Assembly (NCBI GenBank): GCA_964497245.1
Contig: CAZCCC010000002.1
Coordinates: 1-55,799, forward strand
DNA: 55,799 nt
From: an uncultured Gammaproteobacteria bacterium
Lineage (GTDB): Bacteria; Patescibacteriota; Patescibacteriia; Buchananbacterales; UBA6539
Reading direction: 5' to 3'
Shown here: piece by piece, positions 1 through 11,443 of the stretch
Layout: each line of letters opens with the position of its first letter
Numbering within the stretch: position 1 is the first letter of the stretch
Position numbers and translations under genes: made by a program
Notes under the pieces: generated by a model
What the model saw: the letters and a program-made list of their open reading frames with translations, nothing else
Told to the model about the DNA's origin: nothing
The model's database searches: none

Positions 1-307
1 CCCCTGCAAAATGTTTATCTGAAACAGTTCTTATAAAATCATCATTTGAAATGTTCAAGGCCTCGGCTAAATCAATGAACTTTTGCGTGTTTTTATCAAC
101 CAATTGTCTGGTTGAAATTCCTTCTTTCTCGGCCGCCTGGACATTTTTTAGGCTATTTTCATCAGCTCCGGATAAAAAGAAAACGTCATGGGCTTTTTGG
201 CGGTAATAACGGGCCAAAACATCTGTTTGCACAAATTCTAAAGCATGACCGATATGGGGATCGCCATTAACATAAGGTATTGCGGTTGTTATATAAAACT
301 TTTTCAT
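1..307 (-). CDS. metG: Methionine--tRNA ligase, 5' part (runs off the window)
   Basis: Not in the ORF track. Manual translation from ATG at 307 gives MKKFYITTAIPYVNGDPHIGHALEFVQTDVLARYYR...FFLSGADENSLKN, the MetRS N-terminus with the HIGH motif. Confidence 0.95.
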   Translation of the reverse strand, partial: MKKFYITTAIPYVNGDPHIGHALEFVQTDVLARYYRQKAHDVFFLSGADENSLKNVQAAEKEGISTRQLVDKNTQKFIDLAEALNISNDDFIRTVSDKHFAG

Positions 308-332
308 AAAACAAAAAAATAAAAATTAAAAA

Positions 333-995
333 TTATCTACTTATAATTACCACAAACTCTCCCTTAACCTGATCATTATTTAACGACTCCAGAACTTCAT
401 TAATCTTCCCTCTATAAACTGTTTCAAACTTTTTGGTTAACTCGCGGCAGACAACCACTTGTCTTTCCAGGCCAGCATCTCTCAATTGTTCAAGCGCTTT
501 TATAATACGATGGACCGATTCATAAAAAACAACTGTATACTCCGAATTAATAATTTCTTTGATCAGAGTATTCCTCCCTTTTTTGTGGGGCAAAAAACCC
601 AAAAATAAAAATCGGTCTGTAGCTATGCCGGAAACTGACAAAGCGGCAATGACAGCGCTTGGTCCGGGAACTGTTTCAACTTTTATTCCTTCAGCCAAAG
701 CCGCTCTGACAAGCAGTCCGCCAGGATCAGATATGCCCGGTGTCCCGGCATCGGAAACAAGGGCCATATTTCCGCCCTGCTTCAGTTTCCCAACTATAAA
801 ATCAATTTTTCCAGTGCTACTATGCTGATGATAGCTTATTGTCTGATTTTTAATCTGATAATGTTCTAATATTTTTTTTGTAATTCTGGTGTCTTCACAG
901 GCAATTAAATCAACTTCTTTTAAAATCCGAAGCGCCCGCATAGTAATGTCTTCTAAATTTCCTATCGGTGTGGCAACAACAAATAGTGTTCCCAT
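333..995 (-). CDS. rsmI: 16S rRNA (cytidine1402-2'-O)-methyltransferase
   Basis: Motifs VATPIGNLEDIT, ACEDTR, VSDAGTPGISDPG, VPGPSA, RELTKKFE and KGEFV. Sits upstream of metG as is typical. Confidence 0.97.
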   Translation of the reverse strand: MGTLFVVATPIGNLEDITMRALRILKEVDLIACEDTRITKKILEHYQIKNQTISYHQHSSTGKIDFIVGKLKQGGNMALVSDAGTPGISDPGGLLVRAALAEGIKVETVPGPSAVIAALSVSGIATDRFLFLGFLPHKKGRNTLIKEIINSEYTVVFYESVHRIIKALEQLRDAGLERQVVVCRELTKKFETVYRGKINEVLESLNNDQVKGEFVVIISR

Positions 996-996
996 A

Positions 997-1224
997 TTAA
1001 ATTAAATACTTTCTTGCCGTTAAGGCAAAAGTCGTTAAATAATCCTGCCTGCTGTCGGCGTTAAACAAAGCCAATTCGGCATCAGAATGCCATTCGCCAC
1101 CAATGGCCATAATGCCTTTATTTATATCAACTACGGCCTTTATCATCTCTCCTAATAAATCGTTTTTGGTCAATTCCTTGAGTTTAGTTAAAAAAATTTT
1201 ATCGGTTATAATTTTGATGTTCAT
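997..1224 (-). pseudogene. DUF5674-like protein, apparently truncated at the C-terminus
   Basis: MIKAVVDINKGIMAIGGEWHSDAE matches the family core as recalled. The sequence ends after QDYL without the usual WG.N.YP and INIRP segments. Confidence 0.55.
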
Positions 1225-1284
1225 ATAATAAAAATAACACAAAAGCTGTGTTTTTTCAAGCTAATTACTTAATTTTAGCAATGA

Positions 1285-1504
1285 CTAAATAAAAGCTAAA
1301 ATACCGATTACTGTATGGATTAAAGCCAGACAAACAGTACTAATAACCATTACCCGATGCTAAAAAAAATGATTTTTAACAACTCCTTTGTTTTCCCAAA
1401 TATGGCAAAAAAGCCGTAATAAATAAAAAAAATAGAGTCAAAAGTCCGCCATACATAATTAAAGGTTTGCCAAAAATAGGAAAAAAAGCTAGCTGAGTAG
1501 ACAT
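1285..1504 (-). pseudogene. Small two-TM membrane protein with a frameshift and an internal TAG
   Basis: ATG 1504 gives MSTQLAFFPIFGKPLIMYGGLLTLFFLFITAFLPYLGK. A second frame continues KGVVKNHFF*HRVMVISTVCLALIHTVIGILAFI* with TAG at 1360-1362. The 220-nt span is not a multiple of 3. Confidence 0.65.
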
Positions 1505-1654
1505 ATCTTTTATGTAGTTATTTTATCATTAATATAAAAAAAAGAAAATGTTATTATAAATCGTGCTTAGTTATTACTTTAAATTAAAATTTATGATATA
1601 ATATAGTTAGAATTAAAGGGATTTTAAGGTTAAAAACCAACTAATAATTCAATA

Positions 1655-2251
1655 ATGACAGATAATAACCCATACCAAGATATAAGCATTAAAAATATTG
1701 GTACTGGCGGGCATTACACAGCCGGCAGTTTTTCATCGCGAAAACGTCTTGGATTAGCCGGAGAATTGAGAAAAATAGCAAAAGATAAAGGCAGATTCAG
1801 CTTTGGTAAAAATCTTTCTGATAAAAATCTGCGGGATATACAAAATTTAATTGGCAAGGAATTAGCAAAACTGTCAAAACATTCTTCGGGATTAAGCAGT
1901 AAAGCCAGGGTAAGAATAATGATGGCTGGCCGAAAAAAAATGTTGTCTGACCCAACTTTCTCAAGCGCCGACCTAAATGATTTAAGACAAATTACCGCAG
2001 CTTTAGGTCAAATGAAAACTGGGGCTGAAAAAACGACCAGAAAATCCGTAAGTCAGCTTGTCCAAACAAAAAAAGAGCAAATAATTAAAGCCAACATTGC
2101 CCTAGATATTGACCAAGATAATTGGGAAGAGAAAACTGGTCAAAGTCAGATCTCCTATGACCCCAGAAGCGCTTTAGGAAAATTTAAAAGTAATAATATA
2201 GAAAATAATACTGGCAGAACCGGATCAAAAAAAATTGATTTGGTCGTTTAA
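1655..2251 (+). CDS. Hypothetical basic protein
   Basis: 198-aa ORF filling the intergenic space, with a TGnTATAAT-like motif near 1594-1602. No family recognised. Confidence 0.75.
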   Translation: MTDNNPYQDISIKNIGTGGHYTAGSFSSRKRLGLAGELRKIAKDKGRFSFGKNLSDKNLRDIQNLIGKELAKLSKHSSGLSSKARVRIMMAGRKKMLSDPTFSSADLNDLRQITAALGQMKTGAEKTTRKSVSQLVQTKKEQIIKANIALDIDQDNWEEKTGQSQISYDPRSALGKFKSNNIENNTGRTGSKKIDLVV

Positions 2252-2321
2252 AAATATATCTTATTAAAACTGAAAGTAACTAATCTTTTCGCGGCTACGA
2301 TTTATCTTAAGTAGCTGTTTT

Positions 2322-3542
2322 TTAATCCAATTGAGTTTTCCAATCTTTTATTAAATCAAAATAAGCCTGTTTGTTTTCTTCACTAATTCCTTCAGTTGAA
2401 GAAAATTCTTCGGCAAGTGGATTTATTTTTATTCCATTTTTTACCATTTCATAATGAAGATGCGGACCAGTGGAAAGACCGGTTGAACCGACATAACCGA
2501 TGACTTGCCCTTGACTCACTTTCTGTCCGTATTTAACTGCAATTTTTGACATATGGGCATAATTGGTGGTGTAAGTTGAATTATGTCGGACACTTACCTT
2601 TCTGCCGTAAGAACCGTCCCAGCCGGCAAAAACAATTGTCCCATCACCAACCGACCTTATCGGCGTTCCGGCCGGAGCGGCATAATCAATTGCCCGATGC
2701 CCGGTGTAAATATTAAATGCCGAGATATAACGCTGGCCGGTAGTGAACCCTGAGGAAATATATTTGAATTCAAGAGGCGCTTTTAAAAATACCTTTTGGA
2801 CTGAATTGCCTTCTTGATCAAAATAACCTAACTTTTCTTCCGACTCCCGATAATAGAATGCATAAAAATCCTTTCCCTGATTTCTGAATTTACCGGCCAA
2901 AATTCTTCCAGGCATAATATACTCGCCGTCTAAATATCTTTCCTCATAAATAAATTTATAACTGTCGCCGCTTCTAACCTGCCAAGCGAAATCAATGCTC
3001 CATTGAAAAATATTGGCAAAAGATATAATCGCCCGTTCGTCAATTCCTTGGTCTAAACCAGATTCCCACATTGAAGTTTCAATCGTTCCTTCTGCCGTTT
3101 TTATTTTTATTTCATAAGGAATCGGCTTTCTTTCGGCCAGCCAAGTTGACTCGCTGGAAGTTGCTTTTTGCAGAAAAACATAAAGCTTTTCTTCACTGTC
3201 AATTTGGTAGATTAATTGCTGAAATTCTTCAGTTTTAATATCATAAACTAAATCCAATGTTCTTCCAAGCCTGATATTTGTTAAATCATAAACATTTTTA
3301 CTGGCATTAAAAATCGCTTGACTTACTGCTGGACTTATTTCTGCCTGATACATCAGCTTGCCAAAAGTTGAACCTTCGGTTATTTCAATCTTTTTCGTAT
3401 AACTTGTTTTAATTTCTTCTTCAATATGGTCAAACTGGTCTGAATATTGGATATTGGCTGAATTAGCCCTCTGCCAGATAAAAAAAGCTGAAACTAAACC
3501 AAAAAACACAGCTAAAATAACAATATATTTGATTAATCGCAT
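2322..3542 (-). CDS. M23 family peptidoglycan DD-endopeptidase (MepM/Csd3-like) with N-terminal TM anchor
   Basis: Zn motifs HRAIDYAA (HxxxD) and GPHLHYE (HxH), plus YAHMS and GYVGSTGLSTG. Confidence 0.93.
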   Translation of the reverse strand: MRLIKYIVILAVFFGLVSAFFIWQRANSANIQYSDQFDHIEEEIKTSYTKKIEITEGSTFGKLMYQAEISPAVSQAIFNASKNVYDLTNIRLGRTLDLVYDIKTEEFQQLIYQIDSEEKLYVFLQKATSSESTWLAERKPIPYEIKIKTAEGTIETSMWESGLDQGIDERAIISFANIFQWSIDFAWQVRSGDSYKFIYEERYLDGEYIMPGRILAGKFRNQGKDFYAFYYRESEEKLGYFDQEGNSVQKVFLKAPLEFKYISSGFTTGQRYISAFNIYTGHRAIDYAAPAGTPIRSVGDGTIVFAGWDGSYGRKVSVRHNSTYTTNYAHMSKIAVKYGQKVSQGQVIGYVGSTGLSTGPHLHYEMVKNGIKINPLAEEFSSTEGISEENKQAYFDLIKDWKTQLD

Positions 3543-3699
3543 AGGGTTTTATTATAGCAAAATAAAAATCAAAATTCAAAATAAGATAGCCTCGCTTCAG
3601 TAAGCCTTTAATCATAATGGTAAAAATACTATAGCGTTAAAAAATTTGGGTAAAACGTTTTTTTAATGACCGTAGCTGACTGAAATCAAATATAAAAAA

Positions 3700-5274
3700 T
3701 TATCTTTTATCCCTTAATAATCTCTGATAATTTATCGCAAACCGATGAGCTTCGTTGCGTATTTTTTGTAGCAATTTCAGACTGGCTGACCTTTTAGAAA
3801 GTCGCAATGGATAGCGGTTATTTGGGGTATAAATTTCTTCTTCTTTTTTAGCCAGGGCAATTACCGGCAGCTGCAAACCAAGCTCACGCAAAGAAACCAA
3901 AGCCGCTGTCAGTTGCGGTTTTCCGCCATCAACCATCATTAAATCTGGCAATTTAGCTTTTTCTTTTGTAATTTTGTAATACCGACGATAGATGATTTCC
4001 TTCATGGCATCAAAATCAGATTGGCCCTTAAAAGTTTTGATTTTAAAACGTCGGTATTCATTTTTATCGGGCTTGCCGTCTTTAAAATTTACCATTGAAC
4101 CGACTACGCCGGTTGAACCGAAATTGGAAACATCAAAAGCTTCAATTATCTGTGGCAAACTTGACAGATTTAAAACATTTTGCAATTCAAGCAGACTATT
4201 TTCACCAAGCTTAAGCCCAACAGCAATATTTTTTTTGACCAAATTCAAAAGCTTCAACTTATCACCAATTTTAGGAGAAATAATTTTAACTTCCCTTTTA
4301 GCCATCTTGCTTAAAAATTTCCCAAGCAGAGATTGATCCTCTAAAACAATTGGCAAAATAATTTCTTGAGGAATGTCCTCGGTATAATAATATTGCCTAA
4401 TAAAATCTGCTAAATTTTTTTTTGGATTATTTTCTAGCGGAATTTTAATTTTAAATTCTTTTCGACCTGAAATTATTCCTTTGTTAATGTTAAATAACTG
4501 AATAAAAATTTTATTCGCCTTATAAATAAAATTTACCACGTCTTGGTTATAATTTTTTCTTAATTCAATTTTTTGTTTTTCAGAAATATGCTCTAAAGCC
4601 AGAATTTGATCACGCCTGATTTTAGCATGTTCATAATCAAGCCTTGCGGAATATTTTTTCATTTCTTTTTTCAAAAGACTAATCAGATCTTTAGTCTTTC
4701 CTTTTAAAAGCATCTTTGCTTGATTTATACTTCTTTGATAATCAGTTTCTGATATTTTGCCAATACAAGGAGCGCTGCACTGTTTAATATGATAAAGCAA
4801 GCAAGAACGCTTTGGCAGCCTTTTGCAAATACGAAGTTTAAAAAGACTGTTAGCCAATCTGATTATTTCCTGACGCGAAGAGCCGGAAGAATACGGCCCA
4901 AAAACTTTATCGCCCTTTTTAAAATTACGAGTTGTAATTAAGCGTGGAAACTTATCATTGGTTATTTGGATATAAGCATAACGTTTCCCGCCTTTAAGCT
5001 CAAGATTATATTTTGGCTGGTATTTTTTTATCAACTGAGCTTCTAATAAAAACGCTTCAATTTCATTATCAGTGATAAAAAACTCTACATTAGCAATTTC
5101 AACGACTAAGCTCTTAGTCTTTGAATCAAAATTTTTTTTTCGAAAATAGCTACTGACCCTTTTTTTTATATTCTTGGCTTTGCCAATATAAATAACTTTT
5201 CCGAATTTATTTTGAAATAAATAGCAGCCCGGTTGTACTGGAGCATTATTCAATTTTCTAGCTAAATTTTCCAT
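3700..5274 (-). CDS. uvrC: Excinuclease ABC subunit C (no C-terminal HhH domain)
   Basis: GIY-YIG region (PGCYLF...VIYIGKAKNIKKRVSSYF), UVR domain, and RNase H-like domain (EAFDVSN, VDGGKPQ, RNEAHRFAI). Confidence 0.96.
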   Translation of the reverse strand: MENLARKLNNAPVQPGCYLFQNKFGKVIYIGKAKNIKKRVSSYFRKKNFDSKTKSLVVEIANVEFFITDNEIEAFLLEAQLIKKYQPKYNLELKGGKRYAYIQITNDKFPRLITTRNFKKGDKVFGPYSSGSSRQEIIRLANSLFKLRICKRLPKRSCLLYHIKQCSAPCIGKISETDYQRSINQAKMLLKGKTKDLISLLKKEMKKYSARLDYEHAKIRRDQILALEHISEKQKIELRKNYNQDVVNFIYKANKIFIQLFNINKGIISGRKEFKIKIPLENNPKKNLADFIRQYYYTEDIPQEIILPIVLEDQSLLGKFLSKMAKREVKIISPKIGDKLKLLNLVKKNIAVGLKLGENSLLELQNVLNLSSLPQIIEAFDVSNFGSTGVVGSMVNFKDGKPDKNEYRRFKIKTFKGQSDFDAMKEIIYRRYYKITKEKAKLPDLMMVDGGKPQLTAALVSLRELGLQLPVIALAKKEEEIYTPNNRYPLRLSKRSASLKLLQKIRNEAHRFAINYQRLLRDKR

Positions 5275-5373
5275 AAAATTGGAACACTAAGTCGATTAGT
5301 TTCGCTTAGTGATCATAAAAAACAAAACCATCGTCTCTTTTTTATCCTGCCAACCTTATCTAACAAATATCTA

Positions 5374-8196
5374 CTAACCTAAAAACTTCTTAAGATATTT
5401 TCCAGTATAACTCCACTTCGCGCATTTGGCGATTTTTTCCGGCGTACCTTCGGCAATAACTCTTCCTCCCTTGTCTCCGCCTTCTGGACCCAAATCAATT
5501 ACCCAGTCGGCTGATTTAATAACATCAAGATTATGTTCAATCACCAAAACCGTATTACCCTTGTTGACCAAACGATTTAAAACATCCAAAAGCTTATTTA
5601 TATCATCAAAATGAAGTCCAGTAGTCGGTTCATCCAAAATATAAATTGTATTTCCACCTTTTTTGGAAAGTTCAGAAGTAAGCTTTATCCGCTGAGCCTC
5701 GCCTCCGGAAAGAGTGGTGGCGCTCTGTCCTAAGGCGATATAACCGAGTCCGACATCATAAAGAGCTTGAAGCTTTGATGAAATCCTTGGAATATTCCTA
5801 AAAAAATCCAGAGCTTCCTCAACTGTCATATTTAAGACATCGGCAATACTTTTTCCTTTGTACTTAACGGCCAAAGTTTCCTGATTATAACGTGAACCTT
5901 TGCATTTTTCGCATTCAACATAAACGTCGGGCAAAAAATGCATTTCAATTTTTTTAACTCCATCACCCTCGCATTCTTCGCAACGCCCGCCCGCCACATT
6001 AAAACTAAACCGGCCAACCTTGTAGCCTTTAGCTTTAGACTCTTTGGTTTGAACAAAAAGTTCACGAATATGAGTAAATACGCCGATATAAGTTACAGGA
6101 TTAGAACGCGGAGTTCGACCAATCGGCGACTGGTCAACAATAACTGCTTTATCTAAAAGTCCATACCCTTTTAATCCTTTGTGCTTGCCGGGTTTTTCTA
6201 AACTTGACCAAAAAATTTTATATAAGGCTTTATACAAAATATCATTTATCAAGCTGCTTTTTCCCGATCCAGAAACACCGGTAACACAGCTGAATACTTT
6301 AAGCGGAATTTTAACATTAATATTTTTTAAATTATTTTGGCTAGCGCCGATTATTTCCAAATAGTCAAAAACTTTGCGCCGCCGGGCGGGAACAAGAATT
6401 TTTGCCTTTCTGGAAAGATATTGTCCGGTAAGCGAATTTTTTGATTTTTTAATATTATCGGGCTTTCCTGAAAAAATTACTTCCCCTCCATATATTCCGG
6501 CTCTTGGACCTAAATCTAAAATATGATCCGCTGAAAGAATCGTATCTTCATCATGCTCAACAACCACTACCGTATTGCCTAGTTTTTTAAGCCTGTTTAA
6601 AGTCCTGATTAATTTTTGATTGTCTCGCTGATGCAAGCCGATTGACGGCTCGTCTAAAATATAAAGAACTCCCCTTAATTCGGAGCCTATCTGGGTAGCA
6701 AGCCTGATCCGCTGACCCTCGCCCCCAGAAAGAGTCCTTGCTTCGCGAGACAAAGTCAAATAATCAAGACCAACCTCCATTAAAAAATTAAGCCTGCTGG
6801 AAATTTCAACTAAAATCAACTTGGCTATTTCATTTTCTTCTTTATTTAGTTTTAAATTATTAAAAAATTCAAAAGCTTTATTTATTGAAAATTCTGAAAC
6901 TTCACAAATATTTTTTCCGCTTATTTTTACGGCTAAAACTTCAGGCTTAAGCCTTTTTCCCAGGCAAGCCGGACATTTCCCAAGCCTCATATATTTTTCC
7001 ATTTCCTGTCGGCGATATTCTGAATCAGTTTGTTTATAAAGCCTTTCAATTTGCGGGATAATTCCTTCGAAACGGCCTATCCAATTATAATTTGATCCTT
7101 TTTTACTGGAATGCATATGGAATCTGATATCTTGGTCTGAACCGTACAAAACCATAATTTGAATTTTTTTAGGTAAGTCTTTAAAGGGCAGCCATAAATC
7201 AAAATTGTAATGGCTGGCTAAACCTTCTAATAGCTGGCGCCGCCAACCTTCACCATGAGTCTGCCAAGGCTTAACTGCCCCTTCGTTTAAAGACAGCTCT
7301 TTATTTGGAATTACCAAATCAGAATCAACTTGCTGTAAAAATCCCAAACCATGACATTTTGGACAAGCGCCAAAAGGAGAATTAAAAGAAAACATTCTTG
7401 GTTGTAACTCACCAATTGAAATGCCACAATCAATACAGGCATTTGACTGGGAAAAAATCCGCTCTAAATTATCATTAATAATAACCAAAACTAAACCTTT
7501 TGCTTCAGATAAAGCGGTCTCAACCGCTTCATTAAGACGACTTTCAATCCCTTTTTTAATAATCAGCCGATCAATAACTATTTCAATATTGTGTTTAATT
7601 TGTTTATTTAATTTAAAATTCAAATGATCATCTAAATCCTTAATCTCTCCGTCTAACCTTATTCGCACATATCCGGTTTTTTTCAAATCTTCAAATAATT
7701 TTTCATAAGTTCCTTTTTTACCTCTGACAACCGGCGCTAAAATCTGAATTTTCGTTCCTTTTTCTTCTTTAAGCAATATATCAACAATACTTTCAGCCGA
7801 CTGCGACATTATTTTCCGGTCACAATTAGGACAATGAGGAATTCCGATTCGAGCATAAAGCAGACGCAAATAATCGGAAATTTCCGTAATTGTTCCTACT
7901 GTTGAACGCGGATTTTTAGAAATTGATTTTTGCTCAATAGAAATTGCCGGTGAAAGACCGGTGATTTTGTCTACTTCCGGCTTATTCATTAAACCTAAAA
8001 ATTGCCTGGCATACGCCGACAGTGATTCAACATATCGGCGCTGACCTTCGGCATATAAAGTATCAAAAGCCAACGTTGATTTACCCGAGCCCGAAAGACC
8101 AGTAATTACCGTCAGCTTGTCAATTGGAATATCAACGTTGATGTTTTTTAAGTTATGTTCGCGGGCTCCGCGGATTGTGATGTATTTATCAGGCAT
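5374..8196 (-). CDS. uvrA: Excinuclease ABC subunit A
   Basis: GAREHNLKN, two Walker A motifs ([16 protein letters not shown]), two LSGGE signatures and Cys zinc fingers. Confidence 0.99.
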   Translation of the reverse strand: MPDKYITIRGAREHNLKNINVDIPIDKLTVITGLSGSGKSTLAFDTLYAEGQRRYVESLSAYARQFLGLMNKPEVDKITGLSPAISIEQKSISKNPRSTVGTITEISDYLRLLYARIGIPHCPNCDRKIMSQSAESIVDILLKEEKGTKIQILAPVVRGKKGTYEKLFEDLKKTGYVRIRLDGEIKDLDDHLNFKLNKQIKHNIEIVIDRLIIKKGIESRLNEAVETALSEAKGLVLVIINDNLERIFSQSNACIDCGISIGELQPRMFSFNSPFGACPKCHGLGFLQQVDSDLVIPNKELSLNEGAVKPWQTHGEGWRRQLLEGLASHYNFDLWLPFKDLPKKIQIMVLYGSDQDIRFHMHSSKKGSNYNWIGRFEGIIPQIERLYKQTDSEYRRQEMEKYMRLGKCPACLGKRLKPEVLAVKISGKNICEVSEFSINKAFEFFNNLKLNKEENEIAKLILVEISSRLNFLMEVGLDYLTLSREARTLSGGEGQRIRLATQIGSELRGVLYILDEPSIGLHQRDNQKLIRTLNRLKKLGNTVVVVEHDEDTILSADHILDLGPRAGIYGGEVIFSGKPDNIKKSKNSLTGQYLSRKAKILVPARRRKVFDYLEIIGASQNNLKNINVKIPLKVFSCVTGVSGSGKSSLINDILYKALYKIFWSSLEKPGKHKGLKGYGLLDKAVIVDQSPIGRTPRSNPVTYIGVFTHIRELFVQTKESKAKGYKVGRFSFNVAGGRCEECEGDGVKKIEMHFLPDVYVECEKCKGSRYNQETLAVKYKGKSIADVLNMTVEEALDFFRNIPRISSKLQALYDVGLGYIALGQSATTLSGGEAQRIKLTSELSKKGGNTIYILDEPTTGLHFDDINKLLDVLNRLVNKGNTVLVIEHNLDVIKSADWVIDLGPEGGDKGGRVIAEGTPEKIAKCAKWSYTGKYLKKFLG

Positions 8197-8223
8197 AATT
8201 ATTTATTTATTTATTTATTTCCG

Positions 8224-8269
8224 CCCCTCTCCCCTTTGGGGAGAGGGTGGCCGAAGGCCGGGTGAGGGG
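8224..8269. repeat. GC-rich palindromic REP/boxC-like element between uvrB and uvrA
   Basis: 10-bp stem CCCTCTCCCC-TTT-GGGGAGAGGG, then GGCC-GAA-GGCC, then GGGTGAGGGG, all within AT-rich spacer DNA. Confidence 0.7.
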
Positions 8270-8283
8270 AATTGTATTTTTCG

Positions 8284-10260
8284 CTATCTGTTCTTACTGG
8301 TTCTTTTTCTATATGGTATGGAATCCTTTTTAAGATTTTTTTTAAGTTCCTCAATTTTATTTCGCAATTCAATTGCTTTTTCAAAATTCAACTGCTCAGC
8401 AAAAACTCTCATCTGTCCCTCTAAGTCAATTACCAACTTATCAAAATCAAACTCTTTGCCCTTTTCTCCCGGCTCAATTACTACATCATCTTGAATAATT
8501 GCTTTAATAATACTTTTCGGAGTAACGCCGTGCTTTTTATTATAAGCGGTCTGAATTTTCCGCCGGCGGTTGGTTTCAAAAATCGCTTCTTTAATTGACT
8601 TAGTCATTCTGTCAGCATACATTATTACTTTTGAATCAACATTACGAGCCGCCCGACCGGCTGTTTGAATCAAACTTTTGGTATTGCGCAAAAAGCCTTC
8701 TTTGTCTGCATCCAAAATCGCCACTAAAGCAACTTCTGGTAAATCCAAACCTTCGCGAAGTAAATTAATTCCAACTAAAACATCAAATTTTCCAATTCTT
8801 AAATCCTTAATTATCTTTGTCCGCTCAAGAGTATCTATTTCGGAATGCAGGTAAACGGCTTTAATTTGATTGTCAATTAAATAAGTTGAAAGTTCCTCAG
8901 ACATCCGTTTAGTTAAAGTTGTAACCAAAACCCTGTAGCCTTTACTGATAACATTTTTTGCTTCTTTTATCAAATCCGGCACTTGCCCTTGAACCGGTCT
9001 AATTTCAGTCGGCGGATCAATTAGTCCGGTCGGCCTAATAATTTGCTCAACAATCTGACCACTTTGGATTAATTCATATTCGCCTGGAGTTGCTGATGTA
9101 TAAATAACATGCTTCAAATATTTTTCAAATTCCTGAAACTTAAGTGGACGATTGTCATAGGCGCTGGGCAGACGAAAACCGTAGTCAATTAAATTTTTTT
9201 TCCGGGCGAAATCGCCATGATACATTCCGCCAATTTGTGGTATTGACTGATGACTTTCATCAACTACCAAAAGCCAATCTTTGGCCGCATATTCAAAAAA
9301 ATCAATCAGGGTAAAAGGCGGCTGGCCCGATTTTCTATTATCAAAATGGCGGGAATAATTTTCCATACCCTTGCAATACCCAAGCTGCTCTAACATCTCC
9401 AAATCATATTCAGTTCTTTGCTTTAATCTATATGCTTCAATCGGATCAAGAATGGGCAAATGATCCTTTAGCTCCTGCTTGATGGAATCTAGCGCCGGTC
9501 CAAGTCTTTCTTCAGGAACGACAAACGGTTTTGCCGGATAAATAAAAACATCTCTTAAATTATTTATTTTTTTGCCCGTCATTTTGTCAATATCTGAAAT
9601 ACTTTCCACTATGTCGTCAAACAACTGAATTCTAACTATATTACTGTTGGCCGAGCCTTGAATTATGTCAATACTATCTCCCCTTACCCGAAAACGTCCG
9701 AATCTAATCTCTGCATCATTTCTTTCATATTGAATTTTTATCAGTGCCGCCAATAAATCCTTCTTATCCAGCTTTTGTCCAACAGTCAAATGAAAACTTT
9801 CCCCTTCAAAATCAGCCGGCTGACCAAAAGCATAGATGCAGGAAACCGAAGCCACAACTATTACATCATTTCTTGCCAGCAACGAAGCTGCCGCTTCAAG
9901 TCGCAGCCGCTCAATTGTCTCATTGATTGTTGCATCTTTCTCAATATAAGTATCAGTAACCGGCAAATAACTTTCCGGCTGATAGTAATCATAATAAGAA
10001 ACAAAGTAGCATACCCTATTTTTTGGAAAAAATGCCTGGAATTCTTGATAAAGTTGGGCGGCCAGAGTTTTATTGTGAGACAAAATCAATGTTGGCTTTT
10101 GCACCTGCGAAATAACATTAGCAATGGTAAAAGTTTTGCCGGATCCGGTTACACCTAAAAGCGTCTGCTGCTGATATTTTTTGTATCCATACACCAACTG
10201 CTTTATTGCTTTGGGCTGATCTCCCTTAGGTTTTAATTTTTTATCTAGTTCAAATTTCAT
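8284..10260 (-). CDS. uvrB: Excinuclease ABC subunit B
   Basis: [48 protein letters not shown] and a C-terminal UVR domain. Confidence 0.99.
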   Translation of the reverse strand: MKFELDKKLKPKGDQPKAIKQLVYGYKKYQQQTLLGVTGSGKTFTIANVISQVQKPTLILSHNKTLAAQLYQEFQAFFPKNRVCYFVSYYDYYQPESYLPVTDTYIEKDATINETIERLRLEAAASLLARNDVIVVASVSCIYAFGQPADFEGESFHLTVGQKLDKKDLLAALIKIQYERNDAEIRFGRFRVRGDSIDIIQGSANSNIVRIQLFDDIVESISDIDKMTGKKINNLRDVFIYPAKPFVVPEERLGPALDSIKQELKDHLPILDPIEAYRLKQRTEYDLEMLEQLGYCKGMENYSRHFDNRKSGQPPFTLIDFFEYAAKDWLLVVDESHQSIPQIGGMYHGDFARKKNLIDYGFRLPSAYDNRPLKFQEFEKYLKHVIYTSATPGEYELIQSGQIVEQIIRPTGLIDPPTEIRPVQGQVPDLIKEAKNVISKGYRVLVTTLTKRMSEELSTYLIDNQIKAVYLHSEIDTLERTKIIKDLRIGKFDVLVGINLLREGLDLPEVALVAILDADKEGFLRNTKSLIQTAGRAARNVDSKVIMYADRMTKSIKEAIFETNRRRKIQTAYNKKHGVTPKSIIKAIIQDDVVIEPGEKGKEFDFDKLVIDLEGQMRVFAEQLNFEKAIELRNKIEELKKNLKKDSIPYRKRTSKNR

Positions 10261-10394
10261 GCTTTAACTTAAATTCAAAAATATTTTACTTAGTCATTTC
10301 AACCAAGCCACAACGCAATCACAACGATTGATATTTTAAATTTTTCTTTACTAAGACAAACACTCTTATTTATAAAATTTCACAACAACAAATT

Positions 10395-10411
10395 AAGGGG
10401 TAAAACCCCTT
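10395..10411. repeat. Short palindrome AAGGGGT-AAA-ACCCCTT (possible terminator, related to the repeats at 27596 and 53900)
   Basis: 7-bp perfect arms downstream of the TrxB-like gene. Confidence 0.5.
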
Positions 10412-10449
10412 TTTTGGTTAAAATTTAGCTTAATTCAGTTGTTTTAGTA

Positions 10450-11433
10450 TTATAAACAATCTTTTCTTTTTTGACAAGGACTTTGTTTTTTTCTCCCTAG
10501 AATATAGGCATAAGCGGCTAAAGCCGCTTTAATACCGTCTCCGGCAGAAATATTGTTTTGTTTATACGGATTATCAGTTATATCACCAGCGGCAAAAATT
10601 CCCAAACAACTAGTGCTACTATGCTTGGCATCGGTAACTACCTGCCCATATTTATCCAACTTTACCAAATCTTTAGCTATTTCCGAATTAGGCACGCTAC
10701 CAATTTCCACAAATACTCCGCTGACTGGCAGATTATTTATTTTACCAGAAATTATATTTTTATATTTCAATTCACTTACCGTCTTTTTGCCTAAAATCTC
10801 TACTGTTTCGGCGTTAAAAATCAATTGCACTTTTTTATTCTTATTTATCTTTTCTTGACTTACTAAATCAGCTTTTAATTTATTGCTTCTTTGTAGCAAA
10901 TAAATCTTTTTTGCATATTGCAAAAGGTCAATTACCGCTTCAACACCAGCATTGCCACCTCCTATAACAGCTACATCTTTGCCTTTAAAAAGCGGGGCGT
11001 CACAAGTTGAACAATAAACAACTCCTCTGCCCTGGAGCCTATCTTCGCCATCAACTCCCAATCGACGATACCTGGCTCCAGAAGCCAAAATTACCGCCTT
11101 GCCTTTGTATAAATTATTCTGGTTGGTTTCAACCAAAAAATCGCAAATCCTATTTTTCTCTTTACAATTTATTTTTTTTATTTTAACCGCTTTCTCGGGA
11201 ATTCTTATATCAACCGAGTCGGAAAAAAACCGAACATGATCTTCAAGCTTTTTGGCAAGATCAAAACCGGAAATATGTTTTTCTCCAATCCAGTTCTGTA
11301 TATCATCAGAAACTACCGACTGACCGCCAAATGAATCAGCAATAAGAAGGGTTTTTAACTTTTTCCTTGCAGCATACACCGCAGCTGCACTTCCAGCCGG
11401 ACCAGCGCCGATTATTATAACGTCATAAAGCAT
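10450..11433 (-). CDS. Thioredoxin-disulfide reductase / AhpF C-terminal-like FAD oxidoreductase
   Basis: Likely start MLYDVIIIGAGPAG at 11433. Contains CXXC (YCSTCDAP), GGGNAG and FAAGDIT. Confidence 0.9.
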   Translation of the reverse strand: MLYDVIIIGAGPAGSAAAVYAARKKLKTLLIADSFGGQSVVSDDIQNWIGEKHISGFDLAKKLEDHVRFFSDSVDIRIPEKAVKIKKINCKEKNRICDFLVETNQNNLYKGKAVILASGARYRRLGVDGEDRLQGRGVVYCSTCDAPLFKGKDVAVIGGGNAGVEAVIDLLQYAKKIYLLQRSNKLKADLVSQEKINKNKKVQLIFNAETVEILGKKTVSELKYKNIISGKINNLPVSGVFVEIGSVPNSEIAKDLVKLDKYGQVVTDAKHSSTSCLGIFAAGDITDNPYKQNNISAGDGIKAALAAYAYILGRKKQSPCQKRKDCL

Positions 11434-11443
11434 AAAATTAAAA

